Assembly (NCBI GenBank): GCA_041394025.1
Contig: JAWKJA010000002.1
Span: 1,454,541 to 1,518,540, forward strand
Reading direction: 5' to 3'
DNA: 64,000 bases
Source: Acidimicrobiia bacterium
Lineage (GTDB): Bacteria; Actinomycetota; Acidimicrobiia; IMCC26256; JAOSJL01
Shown here piece by piece: positions 17,543-25,983 of the stretch; the first letter of the stretch is position 1; every line of letters starts with the position of its first letter. The notes beneath the pieces are model-generated. The model made no database searches. It saw only the letters and a program-made list of their open reading frames with translations, and was not told the DNA's origin. The translations under genes and the position numbers were made by a program.

Positions 17543-18008
17543 CGGGGTCCTCCTCCTGTCGGCGCTCGCGCTCGACGAGCTCACGGTCCTCTGCCGTCGG
17601 CGTGTAGCGGGGCTCACGGCGCCACCGCGTGAGCGCGACCACGAGGACTCCCCCACCGACCAGGAGCCCGGCGACCGGCAGGAGCCAGACGAGCAGGCCC
17701 ACACCGCTCCCCGGCGGTTCGAGCAGGATCCACTCGCCGTACCTGTCGACGTACGCCTGGCGGATCTCCTCGTCGGTCTGCCCCTCGTCGATACGGCGTC
17801 GGACGTCGTCGCTGATGGCCCGCGCCGTCGACGACGGGCTGTCGGCCACCGAGAGCCCCTGGCAGGTCGGGCACCGCAACTCCTCCGTGAGGGCCTCGTG
17901 GCGCGCCTCCGGAGACGTGTCTCCCCCGCCCGAATCGCTCCACGCGACGGCGACCGTCGCCACGACGAGAGCGGCGAGCGCCGCCCAGGGCAGCCAGCGG
18001 CGCATCAC
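17523..18008 (-). CDS. ccmH: cytochrome c-type biogenesis protein CcmH
   Basis: LRCPTCQG motif, signal peptide, and a C-terminal TM. Confidence 0.85.
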   Translation of the reverse strand: MMRRWLPWAALAALVVATVAVAWSDSGGGDTSPEARHEALTEELRCPTCQGLSVADSPSSTARAISDDVRRRIDEGQTDEEIRQAYVDRYGEWILLEPPGSGVGLLVWLLPVAGLLVGGGVLVVALTRWRREPRYTPTAEDRELVERERRQEEDPGAAGAR

Positions 18009-18607
18009 CCGATTCCCCGCGCGCGATCGAGCATCGCCTCGAGGTCGTCGACGTCGACCTCGCCGAGCTGCTTGGCGACGACGACGCCGGCGGGATCGAT
18101 GGCGTAGGTCTCGGGTTGCCCCGTGGTGGCGAAGTCGAGCGCGGCCCGAGCACCCGGATCAGACGTGATCGTCCAGTCGACGCCCTTCTCCTCGACCCAT
18201 GCGAGTGCGGCCTCGTCGGTGTCGTCCCGCACGATGCCGACCATCGCGAAGTCCGCGTCCTCGGCGTGCCGGTCGTAGAACTCGGCCAGCGCGTCGTGCT
18301 CCGTACGACACGGGAGGCACCAGGAGTTCCAGAAGTTCACGATCACGGCCTTGCCCGCCAGCGACTCGTTGCTCACGGTCTCCGCGGGCGGCTCTGCGTC
18401 CACCACGGCAGGAGAGAGCACGGGCAGGTCGAACTCCGGCGCGGGCCCACCGAGATCCGGCCCACCCTCGAACGTGGGGTCGGTGTTCACCTGCGTCGCC
18501 AGCACGACGGCCAGGACCACGACGACGACTCCCGCCGCCGACGCCGTCCACAGCACGACCCGCGAGCGGCGTGGCCGACCCTCCGGCGACGGCGCACCGG
18601 TCGTCAC
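18005..18607 (-). CDS. ccmG: thiol:disulfide interchange protein CcmG/DsbE
   Basis: GTG at 18605-18607 forms a GTGA overlap with the ccmF stop. One TM, then a thioredoxin fold with FWNSWCLPCRTEH. Confidence 0.85.
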   Translation of the reverse strand: MTTGAPSPEGRPRRSRVVLWTASAAGVVVVVLAVVLATQVNTDPTFEGGPDLGGPAPEFDLPVLSPAVVDAEPPAETVSNESLAGKAVIVNFWNSWCLPCRTEHDALAEFYDRHAEDADFAMVGIVRDDTDEAALAWVEEKGVDWTITSDPGARAALDFATTGQPETYAIDPAGVVVAKQLGEVDVDDLEAMLDRARGIG

Positions 18608-20673
18608 GCCGGTACCTCCGGTGTCTCGGGGAGTGCGTCCGTTGCCACGTCGGAGCGGCGGACGCGGTGCAGCGCACTCTTCGCCGACGGGCCGACGGCG
18701 ACCAGGGTCCCGAGGAACATCACGCCGCCGCCGATCCAGAGCCACAGGACCATCGGGTTCACGGCCACGCCGAGCGTGACGCGCCCCGACTCGTTGGGCG
18801 ACGAGATCAACGTGAGGTACACGTCGCGCGTGACGCCGGTGCGCACCGAGGGGGTGCCGATACCCTGGGTGCTGTTCGGGAACGTGGAGATCGCAGGCGC
18901 GTAGACACCGAGGTCGTCGCCCCCCCTTTCCACCCGCACACGTGCCGAGCTCGTGGCCTTCTGTGCGGTCGTCGACGTCTCGCTCCCGAGATAGGTGACC
19001 GTGTAGCCCGCCACCGTGGCCGACTCACCCTCGGCGAGCCGGACCTCGCGGCTGGTCGACCAGTGGGCGCCCACCGAGATGGCGAGGGCGACGAGCACCA
19101 CCCCGACGTGCACGACGAGGCCGCCGTACCTGCGCGGGTTGCCGGTGACCGTGCGGAGAAGTGCCGTCGGGACCGCCTCGTCGTGGCCACGGCGACGCGA
19201 CCGCACCGCCACGACGAACTGCTGCACGATCCCGGCGAGGGCGAAGGCGGCGAGGCCGAAGACGAGGATCTGGGCGACGCCGCGGGTGCCGAACAGGACG
19301 GCGACGGCCATGGTGGCCGCCCCGGTCCAGGCCGGCACCCGGAACCGCCGTTGGAGCACGTCACCCGAGGCCGCACGCCACGGCAGAGCGGGGGCGGCGG
19401 CCATGAGGAAGAGGAGCGCCAGCCCGATGGGAAGAGTCATCCGGTCGAAGTACGGCTCACCGACCGACAACTGCCGCTCCTGGAAGGCCTCGACGAGCAG
19501 CGGGAACACGGTGCCGAGCAGCACGACGAAGGCGAACGCCGCGAACAGGAGGTTGTTGGCCAGAAACGCCGACTCGCGCGACACGATGCTGTCGATCCGA
19601 CCCGGCGAGCGCAACAGGTCGCCGCGCCACGCGATGAGCCCGATCCCCACGACGGCGGTGATGCCGAGGAACGCGAGCAGCATCGGCCCGATGCCCGACT
19701 CCGTGAAGGAGTGGACGCTGTTCACCACACCCGAACGCGTGAGGAACGTGCCGAGGATCGTGAGACAGAACGTGGCGATGAGAAGCGACAGGTTCCAGAC
19801 CCGGAGCATCCCCCGGCGCTCCTGCACCATCACGGAGTGGATGTAGGCCGTGCCGGTGAGCCACGGAAGGAGTGACGCGTTCTCGACGGGGTCCCACGCC
19901 CAGTAGCCGCCCCAGCCGAGGACCTCGTAGCTCCACCATCCGCCGAGGACGATCCCCGCTGTGAGAAAACCCCAGGCCAGCACAGCAGCGCGGCGGGTCT
20001 CGATGAGCCAGCCCTCGCCGAGCCGGCCGGTGACGAGCGCCGCCACGGCGAACATGAACGGCACGGTGAAGCCGACGTAGCCCAGGTACAGCATCGGCGG
20101 ATGGACCGCCATGAGAGGGTGGTTCTGGAGCAGCGGGTTCGGTCCCGGGCCGTCGGGGGGAACGACACCCGACACGAGCCGAAACGGGTTGGCGGGACCC
20201 AGGACGAGAAGGAAGAAGAAGAGCGCCACGACGAGACCCGTGATCGTCGCCCACGCGACGAGCGGGTCGGTGGCACGGTCGCGGAACCGCCACGCCGTGT
20301 GGGCCAGGTAGCCGGCGAGGATCAGGACCCACAGGAGGATCGAGCCCTCGAGCGACGCCCACAGGGACGCCACGGTGTAGAAGACCGGCGTGGCGCGCGA
20401 GCCGTTGGCGGCCACGTACTCCAGGGAGAAGTCGTGGCTCAGCAGTGCCCATTCCATGACGAGCGCTGCCACGACCGCGGCCACGAGCACCGCGAACACG
20501 AAGCGGCGCCCCAGCAGCAGGAGGCGGTCGTCGCCGCGGTGCAAACCGACGCCGAGGGCCGTGATGCCGAGAGCACAGGCGGCGGCACCCCACACGAGGG
20601 CGCCGTATCCGATCGCCGCCTTCACCGGCGCAGGCTGGGGGCGCCGGGGCCCCGACGACTCATGGGGCGTCAC
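18604..20673 (-). CDS. ccmF: cytochrome c heme lyase subunit CcmF
   Basis: 689-aa polytopic protein with WWD domain WGGYWAWDPVENASLLPW. The start may be the internal GTG at VKAAIGY. Confidence 0.9.
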   Translation of the reverse strand: MTPHESSGPRRPQPAPVKAAIGYGALVWGAAACALGITALGVGLHRGDDRLLLLGRRFVFAVLVAAVVAALVMEWALLSHDFSLEYVAANGSRATPVFYTVASLWASLEGSILLWVLILAGYLAHTAWRFRDRATDPLVAWATITGLVVALFFFLLVLGPANPFRLVSGVVPPDGPGPNPLLQNHPLMAVHPPMLYLGYVGFTVPFMFAVAALVTGRLGEGWLIETRRAAVLAWGFLTAGIVLGGWWSYEVLGWGGYWAWDPVENASLLPWLTGTAYIHSVMVQERRGMLRVWNLSLLIATFCLTILGTFLTRSGVVNSVHSFTESGIGPMLLAFLGITAVVGIGLIAWRGDLLRSPGRIDSIVSRESAFLANNLLFAAFAFVVLLGTVFPLLVEAFQERQLSVGEPYFDRMTLPIGLALLFLMAAAPALPWRAASGDVLQRRFRVPAWTGAATMAVAVLFGTRGVAQILVFGLAAFALAGIVQQFVVAVRSRRRGHDEAVPTALLRTVTGNPRRYGGLVVHVGVVLVALAISVGAHWSTSREVRLAEGESATVAGYTVTYLGSETSTTAQKATSSARVRVERGGDDLGVYAPAISTFPNSTQGIGTPSVRTGVTRDVYLTLISSPNESGRVTLGVAVNPMVLWLWIGGGVMFLGTLVAVGPSAKSALHRVRRSDVATDALPETPEVPA

Positions 20674-21124
20674 CCTCCGACGTCGCCGCGTCCGACGACG
20701 GCTCCTCGTCGGTGTTCACCTCGGGCGGTGAGTACTCGTTGCCGTGGTTGATGAGGATCCGGTCGGAGCGAAACGTCACGAAGTCGTCGGACCACTCCCC
20801 TTCGGTCACCACGGGGGCGCCCTCGGCGAACAGGTCGGGCGGGTCGCCACGGTGGACGACCTCGACGGTCGCGGTGCCGTCGGTGACCTCGAAGGTGACG
20901 CCGTCGTCGGTCTCGGCAACGGTCCCGGGCACGACCTCACCGGCGAGGCGCACCCGTCCGCTGTCCTGTTCCGCCACGGCCTCCGACACGGTCCGGAAGT
21001 AGACGATGTTGCCGCGCAGGCCTCCGAACACGAGGAAGGCCACCGCGCCCACACAGGCGAGTGCGGCTGCGACGTAGAGCCACCGTCGACCCCGGACGGC
21101 GCGCGGCGAGGCCTGCGACGTCAC
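20660..21124 (-). CDS. ccmE: cytochrome c maturation heme chaperone CcmE
   Basis: GTG at 21122-21124, 6 nt after GGGAGG. TM, then an OB fold. Heme-binding HxxxY is present as NHGNEY. The longer track ORF is Arg-rich upstream. Confidence 0.85.
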   Translation of the reverse strand: MTSQASPRAVRGRRWLYVAAALACVGAVAFLVFGGLRGNIVYFRTVSEAVAEQDSGRVRLAGEVVPGTVAETDDGVTFEVTDGTATVEVVHRGDPPDLFAEGAPVVTEGEWSDDFVTFRSDRILINHGNEYSPPEVNTDEEPSSDAATSEGDAP

Positions 21125-21276
21125 GGGCGCCCCTCCCGCGCCCGGACACGGGTGAGGTCCTCGTCGGTCATCGAGGCGCGGACCCTCCGGAAGCGCCACG
21201 CCATCCACGCGACATACGCGACGAGGACGACCACCGTGACGACGTACCCCGCGAGCACGTACCCCGCATCGCTCAC
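21121..21276 (-). CDS. ccmD: heme exporter protein CcmD (51 aa; below the ORF-track cutoff)
   Basis: VSDAGYVLAGYVVTVVVLVAYVAWMAWRFRRVRASMTDEDLTRVRAREGRP*. Single TM. GGGAGA lies 6 nt upstream. GTGA overlaps with both the ccmC stop and the ccmE start. Confidence 0.6.
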   Translation of the reverse strand: MSDAGYVLAGYVVTVVVLVAYVAWMAWRFRRVRASMTDEDLTRVRAREGRP

Positions 21277-22058
21277 CGGTCGTCTCCCACACCCGCGACC
21301 GCCGGGCCGGCCGACGCGGCGCTGTTCGCCGCACCGGCATCGGCGCTCGCGATCCGATCCGCTATCGCGGCCTCGAGCTCACGCTCGTCGTGGCCCTCCT
21401 CGAGGCGGGCGAGTTGCACCCGACGCGCCATGAGGTAGCCGTAGGCGAGCGTGAAGGCCACGACGGCGAATGCCAGCGTCCAAGCCATCGTCCCCTCGAT
21501 CTGCGCGTCGAGCTCGGGGTTGAACACGGTCGCCTCCTGGTGGAGGGTGCGCCACCAGTTCACCGAGAAGTGCACGATCGGCACGTCGACGAAGGCGATG
21601 AGCGCCGCGATCGCGGCGCGTCGGGCCCGCACGTCGGGATCGGCCGGCACGCGCCGCAGCGCCAGGTAGCCGAGATACAGGAAGAACAGCACCGCGGTGG
21701 TGACGAGCCGGGCGTCCCACACCCACCACGTTCCCCACACGGGACGGCCCCAGAGCGAGCCGAGCACGAGCGTGAGCCCCGTGAACACCACGCCGATCTC
21801 GGCCGACGCACCGGCGAGAAGATCCCAGTCGAGGCGGCGCGTGCGCGGCCAGAGGTAGAGAAGTGACGCCACGGCGGTGACGAAGAACGCCAGGTACGCC
21901 AGCCACGCCGCCGGCACATGGACGTACATGAGCCGTTGCGCGTCGCCCTGCACGGCGTCGGCGGGCGCGACCCCCAGCGCGAGAACGCCGAGGACGAACA
22001 GGGCCAGCAGCGTGACGAGACCCAGGATGTTCACCGCGGGCCGGGCCAGCGAGATCAT
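21273..22058 (-). CDS. ccmC: heme exporter protein CcmC
   Basis: ATG at 22056-22058 (MISLARPAV) forms an ATGA overlap with the ccmB stop. WWD motif WGTWWVWDARL. Acidic/Ala-rich C-terminal extension of about 50 aa. Confidence 0.9.
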   Translation of the reverse strand: MISLARPAVNILGLVTLLALFVLGVLALGVAPADAVQGDAQRLMYVHVPAAWLAYLAFFVTAVASLLYLWPRTRRLDWDLLAGASAEIGVVFTGLTLVLGSLWGRPVWGTWWVWDARLVTTAVLFFLYLGYLALRRVPADPDVRARRAAIAALIAFVDVPIVHFSVNWWRTLHQEATVFNPELDAQIEGTMAWTLAFAVVAFTLAYGYLMARRVQLARLEEGHDERELEAAIADRIASADAGAANSAASAGPAVAGVGDDR

Positions 22059-22729
22059 GCGTCCTCCAACAGGGAGCCGAAGGCGAGAACCCCCAGCCCC
22101 ACGTACAACACGGCGAACAGCCCGAGGAGCTGGACCCACGGCCATGCCTCGGACGGCACGCCGTCGAGCCCCGCCTCGAACGCCCGCGTGGCCCCCAGCA
22201 TGACCGGCGCAACCACGGGAAGCAGCAACAGGGGCACCAGCGTCTCGCGCGTGCGCAGGCCGGCGGCGAGCACCCCGAAGAGCGTACCGGTGGCCGCGAC
22301 GCCGACGGTCGCGGCCAGGGCCGTGAGGGCGAGGATCCCGAGGCTTCGCAGCGCCATGTCGTAGAAGACGACGACACCGACACCGAGCACGACCTCCAGA
22401 GCCAGGAGCTCGATGCTCACGGCGAGCGCCTTGCCGAGGAACACGGACGCACCGTCGATGCCGGAGAGGCGAAGTCCGTCGAGAGCGCCGTGCTCGGTCT
22501 CCAGTGCGAAAGAGCGTGAGACCGCGAGCACCGCGGCCAGCAGTACGGCGACCCAGAACAGCCCGGGGGCCACGACGGGGAGCAGGCCGCGGTCGGGGTC
22601 GAGGGCGAAGGCGAACAGCAGCAGCACGACGGCGCCGAACGGCAGGACCTGGTTGAGCGTGACCCGTGAGCGGGCCTCGATGCGCAGGTCCTTGGCGGCG
22701 ACGAGCCACACCTCACGGACGAGGCTCAT
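22055..22729 (-). CDS. ccmB: heme exporter permease CcmB
   Basis: 224-aa six-TM protein in the ccmB position, with an ATGA overlap with ccmA. Confidence 0.85.
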   Translation of the reverse strand: MSLVREVWLVAAKDLRIEARSRVTLNQVLPFGAVVLLLFAFALDPDRGLLPVVAPGLFWVAVLLAAVLAVSRSFALETEHGALDGLRLSGIDGASVFLGKALAVSIELLALEVVLGVGVVVFYDMALRSLGILALTALAATVGVAATGTLFGVLAAGLRTRETLVPLLLLPVVAPVMLGATRAFEAGLDGVPSEAWPWVQLLGLFAVLYVGLGVLAFGSLLEDA

Positions 22730-23391
22730 GGGCGTGGTCCCGGTGCGTCGCCCGTCGGTGCGGCCGCGACGGGGTGCGCGCGGCCGCCGACGACGCGGAC
22801 CTCGCGGTCCGCCAGCGACCGCACGCGCTCGGTCTCGTGCGAGGCGATGATGACGGTCGTGCCGTGATCGGGCGCCGCGCGCACGATCCCGTCGAGAACG
22901 GCCCGCCCATCAGGGTCGAGCCCGGCGTGGGGCTCGTCGAGGAGCAGCAGCTCGGGGTGGCCGGTGAGCGCCACGGCCAGTGCGAGGCGGCGGCGCTGGC
23001 CGGCCGACAGCTTCTGGTGGGTGACGGCCGCCTGCGCGTCGAGTCCGACCCGCGAGAGATGGTCGTCCGCCGACGAGGCGTCGTTTCCCGCTGCCCGCGC
23101 GGCGAAACGCAGGTTCTCCCGCACGGTCAGGTCGTCGTAGCACAGCGTGTCGTGCGCCATGAGCCCGAGGAGGTGTCGGTGGCTTCGCCGGTCACGGGCA
23201 AGGTCGACACCCAGGACCTCGGCCTCACCCGACCGCAACCGGACGAGGCCGGCCAGCAACCGCAGGATCGTGGTCTTGCCCGCTCCGTTGGGGCCGCTGA
23301 GCAGCACGATCTCGCCTCGGCTCACGTCGAGGTCGGCGCCCGCCAGAGCGGGGAAGCGACCGAGGAGACAGACAGCGGCGCGGAGGCGCAC
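22726..23391 (-). CDS. ccmA: heme exporter ATPase CcmA
   Basis: GTG at 23389-23391 chosen; TTG at 23403 is possible. Walker A GPNGAGKTT, signature LSAGQRRRL, Walker B LLLDEP. The longer track ORF upstream is not credible. Confidence 0.85.
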   Translation of the reverse strand: MRLRAAVCLLGRFPALAGADLDVSRGEIVLLSGPNGAGKTTILRLLAGLVRLRSGEAEVLGVDLARDRRSHRHLLGLMAHDTLCYDDLTVRENLRFAARAAGNDASSADDHLSRVGLDAQAAVTHQKLSAGQRRRLALAVALTGHPELLLLDEPHAGLDPDGRAVLDGIVRAAPDHGTTVIIASHETERVRSLADREVRVVGGRAHPVAAAPTGDAPGPRP

Positions 23392-23566
23392 AGCGAGCGG
23401 CAACGGACCCTCAAGGGCCGGGAAACGGTGCCGAAAGTGTAAGGAGCGCCCCGTGAACCCGTCGAACCGGCATGTGGACGCCGCCGCCGGACCGTGGGAG
23501 GTCGCACGACCCGGTGGTGAGCCGGACTGCCCCGAATGTCCCGGTAGGATTCGCCCCGTGCCCGAG

Positions 23567-24766
23567 ATGGACGACATGCCCGACGAGACCACCGCGTCCG
23601 AGACCACTGCGTCGTCCTCGGCGCCCGTCGCAACGGCGTCGACGGCCACGGCCACCCCGACCACGACGACGGAGCGCCCGGCAGCAGACGGCGACACCGG
23701 CCCCTCCCGGCAGCCGGGGCGCACCGGCGACGGCGGCTCCGGCGGCGACGAGCCTCCCGGGGAGACACCCGACCCCGAATCCGGCTCCTCCCGGCCCCGC
23801 GACACCGGCATCCGGGCGGTGGTCGGCTTCATCGGCCGTGGCCTCATCACGCTCGGAATCCTCGTTCTCCTGTTCGTCGCCTACCAGCTCTGGGGAACAG
23901 CAATCTACGAGGCGCGCGCCCAGAACCAGCTCGAGACCGACTTCGAGCAGCGTCTCCAGGAGGTCGAATCGAACGCCACGGAGAACCAGGCGCCCGACGA
24001 CCTGGGCGGGGCCGAGGGTGAGAACGGATCGTTCCTCGACGAGCCCGTTCCCGCCTCGTCGTTCACCGAGGGTGAGGCCGCCTTCAAGATCGAGATCCCC
24101 GATGCCGGTGTCGACAGGATCGTCGTGCAGGGCGTGTCGATCCCCGACCTGCGCAAGGGCCCGGGCCACTACGAGTTCACCCCGATGCCCGGTGAGATCG
24201 GTAACGCCGCCATCGCCGGTCACCGCACCACCTACGGCCAGCCCTTCCACAACCTCGACAAGCTCGAGCCGGGCGACGAGGTCACCACCACGACCCTCAG
24301 CGGCACCTTCGTCTACGACGTCGTGAAGACCGAGGTCGTCCAACCCACCGACGTCGACGTGCTCGAGCCCCCCGGCAAGAACACCTACGTCGGCGACGAA
24401 ATCCCCGAGGGCGGGGCGATGCTCACGCTCACCACCTGCAACCCGAAGTACTCGGCGGCGGAGCGCCTCGTGGTGTTCGCGGCGCTCAACCCCTCGAAGA
24501 GCCCCGAGGCGCAACCGCCGAGCGTCGACGTCACCCTGGGGGCAGAGCGCACCACGATCGACTCGGCGGGCCTGTCGGGTGAGTCCGGGAGCCGGATGCC
24601 CACCTACGTCTTCGGCCTGGTCGTGGCCGCCGTGGGGGCGCTGTGGTACTTCGCCTTCCGGCGCTGGCGGCACTGGTACACGTGGTTCGCCGGCGCCATT
24701 CCGTTCCTGGCCGTTCTCTTCTTCTTCTACACCTACCTCGAGCGCGTCCTCCCCGGAAACTACTGA
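23567..24766 (+). CDS. class E-like sortase (membrane-anchored transpeptidase)
   Basis: ATG at 23567. Low-complexity N-terminus, one TM, catalytic His (IAGHRTTYG), TLxTC motif MLTLTTCNP, and C-terminal TM segments. Confidence 0.85.
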   Translation: MDDMPDETTASETTASSSAPVATASTATATPTTTTERPAADGDTGPSRQPGRTGDGGSGGDEPPGETPDPESGSSRPRDTGIRAVVGFIGRGLITLGILVLLFVAYQLWGTAIYEARAQNQLETDFEQRLQEVESNATENQAPDDLGGAEGENGSFLDEPVPASSFTEGEAAFKIEIPDAGVDRIVVQGVSIPDLRKGPGHYEFTPMPGEIGNAAIAGHRTTYGQPFHNLDKLEPGDEVTTTTLSGTFVYDVVKTEVVQPTDVDVLEPPGKNTYVGDEIPEGGAMLTLTTCNPKYSAAERLVVFAALNPSKSPEAQPPSVDVTLGAERTTIDSAGLSGESGSRMPTYVFGLVVAAVGALWYFAFRRWRHWYTWFAGAIPFLAVLFFFYTYLERVLPGNY

Positions 24767-24774
24767 GGCAAGGA

Positions 24775-24818
24775 CCCGAGGCGAGGCATGGGAAAGGCGT
24801 CAGCCCCGCATCGGGGCT
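24775..24818. repeat. 44-bp direct repeat, copy 1 (contains hairpin AGCCCCG-cat-CGGGGCT at 24802-24818)
   Basis: cccgaggcgaggcatgggaaaggcgtcagccccgcatcggggct. Copy 2 lies 101 bp downstream and differs at 1 position. Confidence 0.8.
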
Positions 24819-24853
24819 CAGGCGCCGCAGGCGCCGACCCGAGCCGAGGACCA

Positions 24854-24876
24854 GCGGGGCAGGTACCCTGCCCCGC
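24854..24876. repeat. perfect 10-bp-stem hairpin GCGGGGCAGG-tac-CCTGCCCCGC (copy B of the dispersed palindrome family)
   Basis: Same stem sequence as 50651-50673, but the loop is tac rather than ata. Centred in the convergent intergenic region, so it may act as a bidirectional terminator. Confidence 0.7.
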
Positions 24877-24919
24877 CCGAGGCGAGGCATGGGCAAGGCG
24901 TCAGCCCCGCATCGGGGCT
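24876..24919. repeat. 44-bp direct repeat, copy 2 (hairpin CGTCAGCCCCG-cat-CGGGGCTGACG at 24899-24923)
   Basis: cccgaggcgaggcatgggcaaggcgtcagccccgcatcggggct. It overlaps the last 6 codons and the stop of the epimerase gene. Confidence 0.8.
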
Positions 24920-25983
24920 GACGCGAACTCCTCCATCCCCTCCGCCAGGTCGATCCGGGCGCGGAAGCCGAGGTACGTCGCCGCACGCTCGATGGACGCG
25001 AACACGTGGCGGACGTCGCCGGGGCGGTAGCCGCCCACCACCTCGGGGGCGGGTGAGCCCGGGAAGCAGCGGTGGAGTGCCTGCGCCAGGTCGAGCACGG
25101 TTCGCGGCGTCCCGCTGGCGATGTTGAAGACAGCGTGGTCGAGCACGGCCGCCTCCGACCCGGCACCGTCCTCGTGGGTACCGGCAAGAGCGAGCACGTT
25201 GGCGTGAGCCACGTCGCGCACGTGCACGAAGTCGCGCATCTGCCCACCGTCCTCGAACACGCGGGGTGCGGTCCCGTCTTCGTAGGCACTGCGGAAGATC
25301 GACGCCACACCCGCATACGGCGTGTCGTGGGGCATCCTCGGCCCGTAGACGTTGTGGTAGCGCAGGACCGTGAGCTCCGTGTCGTGCTCGCGCGCGAAGG
25401 CGGCGCACAGGTGCTCCTGGTGGACTTTGGTGGCCGCGTACACGTTGCGGGGATCCACCGGTGCCTCCTCGGGGACGGCCTCGGGCACCAGCTCCGAGCC
25501 GCACTCGGGGCACAGCGGCTCCCAGAGACCGGCGTCGAGCCGTTCCCGCGGTCGGGGCCCGGGGCGTACCAGCCCGTGTTCGCCGCACCGGTAGCGGCCC
25601 TCGCCGTAGGCGACCATGCTCCCCGCCAGGACAAGCCGCTCCGGAACATGGGCCGCGTGCATGGCGGCGAGCAGGGAGGCGGTGCCGGCGTCGTTGTGCG
25701 CGACGTAGTGCTCGACGTCGCCGAAGTCGACGCCGAGCCCGACCATCGCCGCCTGGTGGCACACCGCGTCGACACCACCCAGTGCGTCGGCCACCGCGTC
25801 GCGGTCGCGTACGTCGGCGAACCGGTGGTCGACGTCGGGTCGCAGGTCGGCGGGAGGACCGTTGTGGGCGCCCGGATGGAGCAGGTCGAGCACACGCACG
25901 TCGTGGCCCCGCTCACACAGGGCGTCGACGACGTGCGAGCCGATGAACCCGGCTCCGCCGGTGACGAGGACCGATGGCTTCAC
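24901..25983 (-). CDS. NAD-dependent epimerase/dehydratase (SDR) with Cys/His-rich insertion
   Basis: GTG at 25981-25983 forms a GTGA overlap with the kinase stop. VLVTGGAGFIGSH, catalytic YAATK. The insert RYRCGEHG...LCPECGSE sits before the YxxxK. Confidence 0.85.
   Translation of the reverse strand: MKPSVLVTGGAGFIGSHVVDALCERGHDVRVLDLLHPGAHNGPPADLRPDVDHRFADVRDRDAVADALGGVDAVCHQAAMVGLGVDFGDVEHYVAHNDAGTASLLAAMHAAHVPERLVLAGSMVAYGEGRYRCGEHGLVRPGPRPRERLDAGLWEPLCPECGSELVPEAVPEEAPVDPRNVYAATKVHQEHLCAAFAREHDTELTVLRYHNVYGPRMPHDTPYAGVASIFRSAYEDGTAPRVFEDGGQMRDFVHVRDVAHANVLALAGTHEDGAGSEAAVLDHAVFNIASGTPRTVLDLAQALHRCFPGSPAPEVVGGYRPGDVRHVFASIERAATYLGFRARIDLAEGMEEFASAPMRG

Noticed and set aside
24775-24919. 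Possible mini-CRISPR array (repeat-spacer-repeat)
   Set aside because: There are only two 44-bp copies. The 57-bp interval is itself a member of the dispersed palindrome family. There are no cas genes in the window. One copy is part of a coding sequence.
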